From the NCBI GenBank assembly GCA_944332725.1, contig CALVKO010000001.1, positions 719-64,718 on the forward strand: DNA of 64,000 nt. Direction: 5' to 3'. Shown piece by piece: positions 9,446 through 20,800 of the stretch. A program made the position numbers and the translations under genes. The notes below the pieces were generated by a model. That model worked only from the letters and a program-made list of their open reading frames with translations, searched no databases and was not told the DNA's origin. The DNA comes from an uncultured Bacilli bacterium (GTDB lineage Bacteria > Bacillota_I > Bacilli_A > RF39 > UBA660). Each line of letters opens with the position of its first letter. Position 1 is the stretch's first letter.

Positions 9446-10325
9446 CCTTTATAATAGCATTTTTAAATATTTCTTTAATTATTTTTTCTTTCAAATCAGT
9501 AGGTATTGGACTACCTGATGCATTAAAATGTCCACCACCATTATGTTGTTTTGCTATTACGCTTAAATCAACCTTGTTATTACCACGATAACTAATACTT
9601 TTATCGACATTAATTAAAATTACATAATCTAAATAATCATATTTATTGATTAAATAATTACCTAATTCACTTATATTTCGCTCAGCAAAAACAACACCTA
9701 CTTTTTTATTATCTAAAAATATTTCAATTATTTCTTTTTCTTCAACATATCTTTTTATTCTTAATTTTTCTAATTCAATTAAATTCAAATCTTCCCTACT
9801 ATATAATTCTTTATTATTTATAATTACATTATAAAATTTATCGATAAATAATTCTCGACCATATATTTTAAATAATATTACAATATTACTTGCTTCTTCT
9901 TTACTAGTAATACTGAAATCATAAGTATCCATTGTTCTTACATGTTCAACTAATTTTTTAGTTACATCTTTATTTAATAATTCATTATTATATTTTTCTA
10001 ATAGATATTTATAATATAAAGTTGTTCCCGATTGCTTAATACCATCAATATCAACCACTTTTATAAACGGATATTTATTCATATTGATATTACTTAAATG
10101 ATGATCAAATACCAAAACATTTTTATTGTTATTTAAAATATAATCTGCTGTTTCTTCACTTATATTTAAATCAACTATAATTATTTCTTTATCTATATTA
10201 TCCATTACATATTTATCAACTTCATCTATATCGGCTAAAATATATTCAAAATTATCAAATACTAATTTAGATAATATAATAGGAGTTGCACCATCTGGAT
10301 CGGCTTTATGACTAATTATTAACAT
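9429..10325 (-). CDS. DHH-family phosphoesterase (NrnA-like).
   Basis: DHH motif VFDHHLSN and DHHA1 motif GGGHFNASG. Confidence 0.75.
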   Translation of the reverse strand: MLIISHKADPDGATPIILSKLVFDNFEYILADIDEVDKYVMDNIDKEIIIVDLNISEETADYILNNNKNVLVFDHHLSNINMNKYPFIKVVDIDGIKQSGTTLYYKYLLEKYNNELLNKDVTKKLVEHVRTMDTYDFSITSKEEASNIVILFKIYGRELFIDKFYNVIINNKELYSREDLNLIELEKLRIKRYVEEKEIIEIFLDNKKVGVVFAERNISELGNYLINKYDYLDYVILINVDKSISYRGNNKVDLSVIAKQHNGGGHFNASGSPIPTDLKEKIIKEIFKNAIIKDDNND

Positions 10326-10938
10326 TTAATACCTCCTTAACTGGACCATAAGATTTTCTATATCCATCAATTAATCCATATTTATGAATCGCTTCGATAT
10401 GCTTTTTAGTGGGATATCCTTTATGGGAAGCAAAACCATACATAGGATATTTTTCATCTAATTCATACATCATACTATCACGAGTTACCTTAGCTACAAC
10501 ACTTGCAGCAGCAATAGAAATACTTTTAGCGTCACCTTTAATAATACTAGTAGTTGGAATATCTAAATTAATTGGCATAGCATCAATTAAAACGTGTTCC
10601 AAATTAATTTGTTCTCTCACCTTATTTATAGCTATTATCATTGCTTTCCTACTTGCTTCATAAATATTTATTTCATCTATTTCTTCAGGTGATACAATAC
10701 CTATACCATATGCTACACAATGATTAATTATATAATCATAAAATAAATTTCTTTTTTTCTCAGATAATTTTTTTGAATCAGTTAATCCTTCTAATATAAA
10801 ATCTTTAGGAAGTACAACACAACTAGCAACAACTGGTCCAATTAGAGGACCACGTCCTACTTCATCTACACCACCTATATATTTAATACCTTTACTATAT
10901 AATTCATTTTCGTATTCATATAAATTCATTCTTACCAC
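10312..10938 (-). CDS. rnhB: Ribonuclease HII.
   Basis: GVDEVGRGPLIGPVVASCVVL N-terminal catalytic motif. Length is ~208 aa. Confidence 0.9.
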   Translation of the reverse strand: MVRMNLYEYENELYSKGIKYIGGVDEVGRGPLIGPVVASCVVLPKDFILEGLTDSKKLSEKKRNLFYDYIINHCVAYGIGIVSPEEIDEINIYEASRKAMIIAINKVREQINLEHVLIDAMPINLDIPTTSIIKGDAKSISIAAASVVAKVTRDSMMYELDEKYPMYGFASHKGYPTKKHIEAIHKYGLIDGYRKSYGPVKEVLNVNN

Positions 10939-11092
10939 CTTTTTTATTATATCACCTAAAAATGTTTTTTTATATGTAAAAAAGTTATTTTTTTAAAATT
11001 TGCTATTACACGAAAAATTTTTTTGTGTAGATAATTGATATGATATAAGTAATTATGATATTGCAATTAATGTTGATACATTGAACGTAGAA

Positions 11093-11120
11093 AAAAACTT
11101 ACATTAATTGTAAGTTTTTC
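11093..11120 (-). terminator. Rho-independent terminator hairpin downstream of the DUF1016 pseudogene. It is nearly identical to the hairpin at 12861-12896.
   Basis: AAAAACTTACA-TTAAT-TGTAAGTTTTT. Confidence 0.5.
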
Positions 11121-11150
11121 ACTTTTTTTATTATATAATAAAGCATTACT

Positions 11151-11922
11151 TTAGTTATTTTCTAATATTTTTTCAACTTCACTAATTAATTCTTCTTTAT
11201 TTGGAATATAATATGTGTATGTTGAAGCAAATATATTATTAGATAATCCACCTAAAGCATATTCCATAGTTACACCTTTTTTACCAGTACAAAGAATAAT
11301 TCCTACTGTTTCATTATCAAATTCATCTTTAATTTCTTTATTATAATAATTAACATACATATTCATTTGCCCTGCATATTCTAGTTTCATATCATCCATT
11401 TTTAAATCTATTAAAACATATGATCTTAATATCTTATTATAAAAGCAAAGGCCAACATAATAATGTGTATAATGATGAATCAATTTGTCTTTTTAATTCT
11501 CTTTTAGACCATTTAGAATTAATGCACTCTTTTTCATAAAATTTTCTTTCATCATCATCTTCAATATAAATTAAATAACAATAATGACTCCAACTCAAAT
11601 TTCCAGCCAGTGGTTGGAAATTTTTGTACCTAATATAAAATAGTCTCATATTATATAAACCAGATAAACTAAATCCTGTTCCAAATTTATTAGTTAATTT
11701 TTTAGATAATTTTTTTAATACATCTTTTCCATAATCTGCTCTAATATTTCCGTTTTGTTCATTTTCCACAATAATTTTACCAATCATAAAATTTGTTTCA
11801 ATTAAAGTATTATTTATTTGATAAACCATTTTGGTTTTATTTTCAGTAATTACATTTGATATTTGATTATATATATTAGTTATTATTTTATCACTATTTT
11901 TTTCTACTACATTTGTTTGCAT
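11151..11922 (-). pseudogene. YhcG/DUF1016 PD-(D/E)xK nuclease family gene, decayed by an internal deletion plus frameshift.
   Basis: Two overlapping ORFs (11437-11922 and 11151-11483) align to the N- and C-terminal thirds of the intact paralogs at 36364-37398 and 47327-48382 (LSWSHY..., IDLK..., YVNYY..., GILL... blocks). The central block around the GFxFxGxQ motif, which contains motifs essential for the nuclease fold, is absent. Confidence 0.7.
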
Positions 11923-12125
11923 TTTTATTCCTCCTAAAGTTATAATATTTATTATTTTCTTACACTAATTAACATTTTTTAATGTATTATAATTTTATCA
12001 CAAATTTATAGTTCTAAAACATTTTCTTTACTTATTTTAATATGTCTTTCAATACAATATATAAATATTTTTAGTTGCAATATTGCTTATTTAATGATAA
12101 AATAATGTGCATAGGAGTTGATAAA

Positions 12126-12875
12126 ATGAATGTTTCTTACACTTATATCGATGGTAAAGCAATAATTTTTGATGAAAACGGAAATCAAGTACCAATTAAT
12201 TATTATAATAATTTAGATGATGTATTGATCCAAGAAAATGTAATAGAAACTATTGAAAATAAAATAAAAGAATTAGGCAACATAAAAATTTTACCTAAAA
12301 AGAGATTTATTCCATTTACAACAATTTGTGCCACTATTGTCATATTAGTAGCGCCTTTAATATTAGGTTTAATATTTGGAATAAATATGTATACGACTTC
12401 TGTTAGTACTGCTTTTGGAGAAATGAATTTGTTTAAAATGATAGCGATTATTTGTGGAGTTACAATTGAACCAGTTGCAATAATTACTGATATTTTAAAT
12501 CATTCAATATATAATGATTTTGTTAAACATAACAATGCAAAAGTTAGTGAATTAGAATTTTTAAAAAGTAAATTAATTAAGGAAAAAGAAAAATTAAATT
12601 CTTTAAAAAAGGAAAGCTTTGAATGTGAAGAAAAGAAAGATTTTAAAACAGTAAAAGTAAATGATATAGAAGAATTAAAACAACTTAAAAATATGTTACT
12701 TTTATATTATGATTTAGGATATAATTCTAAAAAATATTATACTTATCAACAACAAGGAAAATTAAGAAAAAAACTAGCTAAAAAATATAGTGAAGAAGAT
12801 ATTAAATTAATTGAACAATATTTAGAAGAAAAAGGACCAACATTAGTAAAAAAACAACTAAAAAACTTACATTGA
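12126..12875 (+). CDS. Hypothetical membrane protein.
   Basis: An AGGAG RBS lies 8 nt upstream of the ATG at 12126; the ORF-track TTG start at 12075 is less likely. A central hydrophobic segment is followed by a K/E-rich C-terminal coiled coil. Confidence 0.55.
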   Translation: MNVSYTYIDGKAIIFDENGNQVPINYYNNLDDVLIQENVIETIENKIKELGNIKILPKKRFIPFTTICATIVILVAPLILGLIFGINMYTTSVSTAFGEMNLFKMIAIICGVTIEPVAIITDILNHSIYNDFVKHNNAKVSELEFLKSKLIKEKEKLNSLKKESFECEEKKDFKTVKVNDIEELKQLKNMLLLYYDLGYNSKKYYTYQQQGKLRKKLAKKYSEEDIKLIEQYLEEKGPTLVKKQLKNLH

Positions 12876-12896
12876 TTTGTAAGTTTTGTTTTTATA
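12861..12896. terminator. Terminator hairpin overlapping the stop of the preceding + gene and lying 3' of tRNA-Cys.
   Basis: AAAACTTACA-TTGATT-TGTAAGTTTT followed by a T-run. Confidence 0.55.
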
Positions 12897-12897
12897 T

Positions 12898-12972
12898 TGG
12901 AGGGCCCAGCCGGACTTGAACCGACGCTCGGGGAGTTGCAGTCCCATGCCTTACCAACTTGGCTATGGACCC
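12898..12972 (-). tRNA. tRNA-Cys (anticodon GCA).
   Basis: On the minus strand: GGGTCCA acceptor stem pairing with TGGGCCC, D-arm GCCAAGTTGGTAAGGC, anticodon loop CTGCAAC (U33-GCA-A37), T-arm GGTTCAAGTCC, and an encoded 3' CCA. Local GC content is much higher than the surroundings. Confidence 0.85.
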
Positions 12973-13033
12973 ATGTAAATAAATTATAGCAAAATATTTT
13001 TACTTAATCAAGTATTTTACTATAATTTATTCA

Positions 13034-14785
13034 TTATTTAAATAAATTATACTTAATTATATTATTTGAAGTTTCAATTAATGATTTAGCATACTCTTCT
13101 TTTTCATTAATATATTCTTTTGTAACTTCACTATATTCTTTATAATCTTCAAGTTGATTATTATAATATATTTTATTAGTAACCCAATTACCATTTGGAA
13201 AAACTACTATATTATCATCCAAATTAAATATATCATTGCCTAAAGCATATTTAGTATCAACGCCAAACATATTACCAATAGTTGGCATTACATCAATAGA
13301 TCCCATTAATGTATCTATTTCTTGATGTTTGATATCTTCTCCCCAAATAATTAAAGGAACTTTTGTTAATTCTTCATATTCATAAAAATCTATTTTTTTG
13401 CCTAAATATTTTTCATATTCTTTTTTTGTAAATTTGGCATCATGATCACCATAAATTACAATTATTATATCATCTTTATTTTCTAACTTATTAATAAATT
13501 CACCTATTGCTTCATCAGCATAATGAACTAATTTAATATAATTACCTATTTTAGTGCCTTCAGCATCACCAACATCAAATTCGATTCCTTCGGTATAAAA
13601 AGGTGTATGATTAGTTAGCATAATTAAAGTACCATAAAATTTATCATATTCTAAATTGTTAATAATGTCGACTGATTGATTAAAGAACGATTTATCGGAT
13701 AATCCTAAACCTATTTTATCACTCAAATCATAGTCATCATAACAATAAAACCTATCATAACCTATTTTTTTATACATTTTATCACGATTCCAATATGAGC
13801 ACAAATTTCCATGCATACTAAATGTATAATATCCTTTTTCCTTAAAAGACTTTATCATTGAATTATATTCATTATTTTCATAATTAACAAATACTGTACC
13901 AGTAGCAATCGGTAATATTGAGTTAGTTATCGTAAATTCAGTATCACTGCTAGTTCCAACGCTTTCTTCTGAATAATAATTAGTAAAATAAATTCCTTCA
14001 TTTTTTAATTTATATAAATTAGGTGTTATAGTTTCATTTATAAACATACTTTGGATACTTTCCGCGTGAATAAATAAAACACTTTTATCTTTAAATATAT
14101 TTGTATATTCATTAGTTTCTGTTTTCTTATTACTATAAAACTGCTCTACTTCTTCTTTAGCATCTTCATAACCACAATATGGACAAATAAATTTAGAAGT
14201 CATATAAAATAAATCATTTAATTGATATGTATAAATTCCCATATTTCTTACAACATATGACTTATTCCAATCGTGTTTTAAACGGTAAATATCATTAGTA
14301 TTAAAAGTTAATAAAGATATCACTAAAATTATAAAATAAATTAAAATATTTTGCTTAAATGATTTTATATCTTTTTTATTAGAAATTTTTTTATATAATA
14401 TTATCATTAAAATTATTTGCCACAAAAATACAAAATCATTTAATTGAATAACCCCTGTTACTGCTTCACTTGGAAGAAGAAACGCTAAATAAAGAGAACT
14501 TAACAAATATATTGAAGCAAAATCACTATAATTATTATAATACATTGAATTAATTATACATAAAGATGTTAATATTATAGATGTGATTAAAAAATATAAA
14601 TTTCTTTTTTTAAATAAAAAAGAAAAAGCATAAATAAACATTAAGAAACTTAAATCAAATAACAAAAATCTTAAATCTTTAAAACCTACTGTTAAATAAA
14701 GTAAAATACAACTATTAATTAAATTTGAAATAATAAAAAATATTCCTAAATCTTTTAATGATGATGGAAGAATAAACTTACGCAT
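13034..14785 (-). CDS. LTA synthase family protein (membrane-anchored sulfatase-like phosphoglycerol transferase).
   Basis: N-terminal multi-TM region followed by an extracellular sulfatase-like domain (YFTNYYSEESVGTSSDTEFT, HTPFY). Confidence 0.8.
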   Translation of the reverse strand: MRKFILPSSLKDLGIFFIISNLINSCILLYLTVGFKDLRFLLFDLSFLMFIYAFSFLFKKRNLYFLITSIILTSLCIINSMYYNNYSDFASIYLLSSLYLAFLLPSEAVTGVIQLNDFVFLWQIILMIILYKKISNKKDIKSFKQNILIYFIILVISLLTFNTNDIYRLKHDWNKSYVVRNMGIYTYQLNDLFYMTSKFICPYCGYEDAKEEVEQFYSNKKTETNEYTNIFKDKSVLFIHAESIQSMFINETITPNLYKLKNEGIYFTNYYSEESVGTSSDTEFTITNSILPIATGTVFVNYENNEYNSMIKSFKEKGYYTFSMHGNLCSYWNRDKMYKKIGYDRFYCYDDYDLSDKIGLGLSDKSFFNQSVDIINNLEYDKFYGTLIMLTNHTPFYTEGIEFDVGDAEGTKIGNYIKLVHYADEAIGEFINKLENKDDIIIVIYGDHDAKFTKKEYEKYLGKKIDFYEYEELTKVPLIIWGEDIKHQEIDTLMGSIDVMPTIGNMFGVDTKYALGNDIFNLDDNIVVFPNGNWVTNKIYYNNQLEDYKEYSEVTKEYINEKEEYAKSLIETSNNIIKYNLFK

Positions 14786-15462
14786 ATTATCAAAGCTCCT
14801 ATTACAAATCCTATTATATTATTATTTTTATCTTGATGTTTTAAATGTTCTAACAATTCAAAAAAAACTATATATACTAACATTCCTAAGGTAATAGCAA
14901 ACATCATTCCTATAAAATACTCACTAATTTCACCTATTAAAAATAATATAAATCCACCAAAGAAAGTAGATAAAGAAATAATAAAACTAATCATAATTAT
15001 TTTTGTTTTATTATATTTTGCATCTTTTAATGTACTACCTATTACCATACCTAATGGAATATTATGTAATCCAATTCCTATTCCTAATAAAATACCTAGA
15101 TTAAAATTTTTATTTAATGTCGAATATAAAATCATTCCTTCTATTAAATTGTGAATAATTAAGGCAATTGAAGACATTAAACCAATATGAAAAACGTGTT
15201 CTTTATGATTAGAATGTTCGTGATCTGGAATAAATAAATCTAATAACTTTAATAAAATAAAACCAATTAAAGCATATATAATCATCTCAAAATAATTAAT
15301 ATGTTCTAATGTATGAGGTATTACTTCTAAAAATATTAAACAAAATAATACACTAAAAGCAATACTGATAGATAATTCAGATATTTTTTTCTTTCTTTTA
15401 AATAATAATATTATAACTGTTCCCAATAAGACAGTTAATCCAAATAAAAATGTAATAAACAT
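14755..15462 (-). CDS. ZIP family metal (zinc) transporter.
   Basis: His-rich loop HDHEHSNHKEH and the conserved HNxxEG / GLHNIPLG TM motifs. Confidence 0.8.
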   Translation of the reverse strand: MFITFLFGLTVLLGTVIILLFKRKKKISELSISIAFSVLFCLIFLEVIPHTLEHINYFEMIIYALIGFILLKLLDLFIPDHEHSNHKEHVFHIGLMSSIALIIHNLIEGMILYSTLNKNFNLGILLGIGIGLHNIPLGMVIGSTLKDAKYNKTKIIMISFIISLSTFFGGFILFLIGEISEYFIGMMFAITLGMLVYIVFFELLEHLKHQDKNNNIIGFVIGALIICVSLFFHHH

Positions 15463-15466
15463 AACA

Positions 15467-17716
15467 TCACTCCTTAAATAGTTTAGGAAATTTTTTTATT
15501 AATTTATCAACTAATAAACTCATCAGACTAAATATTATAATTGAAATGACTATTAAAATCAAGATAAAAATAAACATTTTAAAATTTAAAATAGTTAGTG
15601 AAAAAAATTCTCTAAAACCAATTATAGTTGTAATAAATCCAATTATCAGTAAAATAATTAAAGTTAAGCGCAATTTATTTAAAGGATAACAAATTTTAAA
15701 TAACAATAAAAATCCAGTAAAACCAGTCATTAAAACACATAGTGTAGATATTTGACTATCGGTTAAGTTAATAAAATTTCCTAAAATAGCCAAAACTAAA
15801 ATATTTAAAACAATAGTTAAAGAAGTAGGTAAAGATTTACTAAAAACATTGATTAAAAAATTCCCTTTAATTAAATTATCATTAGGTTCAAGCGCTAAAA
15901 CAAATGATGGAACACCAATAGTAAAGAAATTAGTTAAAGTTAATTGAATAGGCTGAAAAGGATAATTAAAATTTACTATCATAAAAATTAAAACTAACAA
16001 AAAAGCATAAGTAGTCTTAGCCAAAAATAAAGTAGCACTTCTTTCAATATTATTAATTGTTCTTCTCCCCTCTTTAATGATATTAGGAATAGAATTAAAA
16101 TCATCATCTAATAAAATTAATTGACTTACATTTCTAGCAGCATCAGTACCACCTTTAATGGTAATACTACAATCAGCTTGCTTTAAAGCAAGAACATCAT
16201 TTACTCCATCACCAGTCATCGCTACAAAATGATTTTTGCTTTGTAATTCTTCAATTAATTGTTTTTTTTGAACTGGCGTTACTCTAGAAAAAACATTATA
16301 TTTATCGATATCATCTAATTTTTTTTTAGATAAATCAATTCCTATAGGTTTTATACCTACCTCTAACATAACACGAGAAATTGTTTTTAAATTATCTCCC
16401 GAAATAATTTTAATATCAACATTTTGTTTTTGTAAATAATTTAACATTTTTTTAGCATTTTTTCTTATTTCATCTTTTAAAATAATAACACCGATTGGTT
16501 CATCATCTTTAGTTATTAATAAAGTTCTGTTATCTTGATTTTGAATAACTTCATCAATTACTTTATCACTTAAAAATTCAGGTGCTCCAATTAAAAACTT
16601 ACCCTCTTCAAACTTAACGCCACTATATTTATTAATAGGAGAAAATGGTATTTTTTTAATAACATGATAATTATTATATTTTTTAAAATAATTATTTAAA
16701 GCCTCACTAGTAGCATTATCTATATCTAAAGTATTTACTATATTACCCATTATTTCATTTAAATCATAATCTTTTAACTTTATTACATCTACTACTTCCA
16801 TTTTACCACTTGTAATAGTACCTGTTTTATCTAAACAAATTGTATCAACTCTAGCCAACATTTCAATACAATATAGTTCTTGAACTAAAACATTAATTTT
16901 GGATAATCTTATTACGGAAACTGCCAAAACGGTACTAGTTAATAATACTAATCCTTCTGGGATCATTCCTAATAAAGCCGCAACAGTATTGACAATCGAT
17001 ACTTCTAAATTTTTATCTAAATTGTACTGATTAATAAATAATAATATACCTAAAGGAATAATACATATTGAAACTAATTTAATTATTTTATTCAACGAAT
17101 TCATTAAAATAGAATTTAATGGTTTAACATATTTAGCATCTTTACTTATCACATTGACATAATTATCATTACCAACATGTTCTACTCTAGCAATCGCTTT
17201 ACCAACAACTACAAAACTTCCTGATTTTAATGACTCTCCTTCTTTATAATTTATTAAATCTGATTCTCCAGTTATAAAAGATTCATTTACATCGATATTA
17301 CCATCTAATATAACACAATCTGTTACAATTTGGTTTCCTGATTTTAAAATAATTATATCATCTAATACAATATCTTCATTATCAATAGTAAATATTTTAT
17401 TATCTCTAATAACACTAGTTTTTAAAGATGTTATAATTGACAATTTATCAACTACTCTTTTAGATCTTATTTCTTGTATCATACTTATTAAAGTATTACA
17501 TATAACAATTCCCATAAATAATAGATTTTTGTAAGAACTTACTAAAAATACTAATAATGCTAAAACAAAATTTAATAAATTAAACAAAGTAAATATATTA
17601 TCAGTAATTATTTTTAATATACTTTTGGTAGGGACAACTTTATTTTTGTTAGTTAATCCCTTTTTTATTCTTATATTTACTTCTTTACTACTTAATCCTT
17701 TATAATTATGTTCCAT
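15467..17716 (-). CDS. Cation-transporting P-type ATPase (HAD superfamily).
   Basis: DKTGTIT phosphorylation motif and TGDGVNDVLALKQA hinge motif. There are ten predicted TM segments. Confidence 0.9.
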   Translation of the reverse strand: MEHNYKGLSSKEVNIRIKKGLTNKNKVVPTKSILKIITDNIFTLFNLLNFVLALLVFLVSSYKNLLFMGIVICNTLISMIQEIRSKRVVDKLSIITSLKTSVIRDNKIFTIDNEDIVLDDIIILKSGNQIVTDCVILDGNIDVNESFITGESDLINYKEGESLKSGSFVVVGKAIARVEHVGNDNYVNVISKDAKYVKPLNSILMNSLNKIIKLVSICIIPLGILLFINQYNLDKNLEVSIVNTVAALLGMIPEGLVLLTSTVLAVSVIRLSKINVLVQELYCIEMLARVDTICLDKTGTITSGKMEVVDVIKLKDYDLNEIMGNIVNTLDIDNATSEALNNYFKKYNNYHVIKKIPFSPINKYSGVKFEEGKFLIGAPEFLSDKVIDEVIQNQDNRTLLITKDDEPIGVIILKDEIRKNAKKMLNYLQKQNVDIKIISGDNLKTISRVMLEVGIKPIGIDLSKKKLDDIDKYNVFSRVTPVQKKQLIEELQSKNHFVAMTGDGVNDVLALKQADCSITIKGGTDAARNVSQLILLDDDFNSIPNIIKEGRRTINNIERSATLFLAKTTYAFLLVLIFMIVNFNYPFQPIQLTLTNFFTIGVPSFVLALEPNDNLIKGNFLINVFSKSLPTSLTIVLNILVLAILGNFINLTDSQISTLCVLMTGFTGFLLLFKICYPLNKLRLTLIILLIIGFITTIIGFREFFSLTILNFKMFIFILILIVISIIIFSLMSLLVDKLIKKFPKLFKE

Positions 17717-17761
17717 AGTAATTACCTCTTTATTATTTTATCACAACAAACTAATTATATC

Positions 17762-17810
17762 AAAAAAAACTAATATTTTACATGACAATTTTGTAATATT
17801 AGTTTTTTTA
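17762..17810 (-). terminator. Strong rho-independent terminator after the 1261-aa gene.
   Basis: 14-bp stem AAAAAACTAATATT / AATATTAGTTTTTT followed by a T-run. Confidence 0.6.
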
Positions 17811-17812
17811 TT

Positions 17813-20800
17813 TTAATACCTACAATTATCAAAATTATTTGGATCATTATATGATCTATATCTATCATCTACGCATACTCCAGGTTGATTTTTAGCACCT
17901 GTTATATCTATTAAATAAGATAAATAATCGCTTATACAAGTTTTACCAGTTCCTGTATTACATTTAAAATCATATGTTTTTCCACTATAACTTCCATAAT
18001 ATTCAGCATAAGAATTTTCATCATTATAATTTCTTATTTCTTTAATAATCGAAGGCGTTAAGATAAATGTATACATTGGTTCTTCAGAATAAATTTCGTG
18101 TCCTTCTACATCACGATTATTTAATATAAATTCATCAACTACAGGATTAGTATTTGAGCAATTTGTTCTATCACCTAATCCATAACACCAATTTGAACCT
18201 GTTTCTCTACCACTAGCATCTATATCAGGGAATGGATCATATAAATCTATTGGTCTATATATTAAATTAATATCACCTTTATTAGGATTATTAGGATCAT
18301 TTGGATTATCTGGATTATCTGGATCATTTGGATTATCTGGATCATCTTCAGGTATTAATTCTGAAAAAACCTCAAATTGACATTGCCAATTACCATACTT
18401 TTCTTTATCTATCGCATCTAATATGCTATCAACAGCAGTTGATTTATTTGGAACTTTGTAACCTAAATTACTATATGTAATTGACAATTCACCATTACCA
18501 TATTCTTGACCATAAATACCATCTGGGGTTTTATATTCTACTGGAAAATTACTATATCCTAAATAAATGTAATTAAAAGTTTTTCCTTGTGAAATATATT
18601 GTGATTTTAATGTTTCTAGTTGTGATGCATTAAATGATATATTATCGTCTTTATTAATATATTCATATATACCAGCAGGAATATTAAAATCAATATTAGC
18701 ACCTTTGGTCATTTCAACTTTTGTACATTTTTTTATACCTAACATTTGTCTCGTACATTTATTTGTACTTGTATTACAACTTGTAAGTACTTCAATACCA
18801 CCACTTACAGTTTGGCAATCATTTTTATTCACTTTTTCTGTATATTCGATTTTTTTATCCATTTCTTCATTAACACTATATAATCCAGTAGAACCATTAA
18901 TTGTATAATTATATTTAACTATTGCACTAGGTTCGACAATATATAACCATTGATCCCACGATGAGCCTTCACCATCTGCAGTTGACATTGAACTTATCCA
19001 AGTTGCTCCATTATCTTCATTATAACATTTCTTCATTTGATCATATATATATTTAGCATCGTCTTTCATATTATCCCAAGTTTGATACTTTGAATCTCTA
19101 CCAAACCTGTCATCACTAGGATAACCACTACAAGAACAAGCACTACCTGCAGAACCATGTGCATATGTCGCTCCACTTCCATAAGTAGCAGAATCCCATT
19201 TAATACATGTTTCATCCCAGTATCTATGCCTACGACATCCTCCACCACAAGTACCCTTACCATCAGCACATGGATGTGTTGGATACCAAGATACACATTC
19301 GCTGCAACCATTCTTTACAGTATATTGTTTCACACTAGCTTGCTGATCTCTAGCAACTAAATATGTATTAAATGCTTTTTCTATTTCATTATTTTTATTT
19401 TTTAAATCAGTAGTGAATTTATTCCATTCAATTGATTTAGTTTTACATGTTCTACTACCACTAACACTATGTCCATTCCATACAAAATGTTGACCTGCTT
19501 TTACTTTAATTGTATTAGAATTAAATGCTCCAGTTAAGTTTTCTATACAATAAACTTCACAATAATCTGAAGTAATATTTTCATCATAATATGTTAATGG
19601 TTGATTCTTATCAGACCATTTATGTTCATTTATTGTATACATAGCATTTTCATCTGAAAAAACACAATATTTCCAATAATCTTCTTCATTTAATTCCTGT
19701 GATGTATCAGTGTAAAAAACATTTTCTTGATTGATACATGTTCCCACATTATAACTTGGTGTACAATTATATTTTTTCTTAATATCAACCTTTTCATCTT
19801 GAGTTATACAACCGGCAGATTGATAACTAGAAATTGTCCAATTTGTTCCGAATTGTGAATTATACAATTCAAAACATTGCTTATATAATTCTTTATTTTT
19901 ATCTAAATATTCATCAGTAAATGACGTTGAAGGGTATAAAGGTAATTTCTGACAAGATCTTATTATTTTGTTTTTCTCGTTGGTTTGTTCATTATCCGAA
20001 GTACAATTATAAAGACAATTATAAAAACGCCAAGTATTTCCCCATCCTTCTTGAGAACGACATTTTGAATAACATCCATAATATCCTAAAGTACTTTCCT
20101 CATCTAATTTATTAAAATCAACACTTTCGCAGGTTGCTGTTGCAAAACCACAATTTAGATTTTCATATTTTATATAATCCCATTGCGTAACTACACCAAC
20201 AGACGATGGATTCGTTTCCGAAATTTTATTGACTTGTTCTTTTACAGACTCAACAAATGAAACAAAGAAACTTTGTTTCTGTACAAATACACTTTTAATC
20301 TGATTTTTTACTAAATTATATAATTCAATATTATTAGAGTTTTTATATGCATCATAAACACCATAACATGTACATTCATTTATGTACCATACTTTATCAG
20401 CAACATTTGTCTTACCATTAACAGTATATTTTATACCATTGGCAACCTCTGGTAATGCATAAATACCATTTAAACCACTTCTTCTATAGGTAGATTCTAA
20501 TTTACTCATAAAACTAGAGTAATTACTAATACCACTATTTACTTCTTCACATGTCAGACTTAATTTAACAGTATCTTTAAAATACACTAAACCTATTCCT
20601 GCACCTTTATTGCCAGTAACATATTGTTCTGCTAAAATATCACTACTTTTACCACCACTAGTTTTAGCACACACATTTTGAAGCGAAACGCCACCGCTAT
20701 AAGAAGCAGATTCACTTAAATCAACAATATTCAAATTTCCATTAAAATAACTAGTACTTGATGCTCCTGGAACATTTTTATATCTTGTAATTATATCACC

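Noticed and set aside
8469-10663. ORFs 8469-8666 (+) and 10409-10663 (+).
   Set aside because: They are antisense to the MBL-fold and rnhB genes. They have no RBS and give hydrophobic low-complexity translations.
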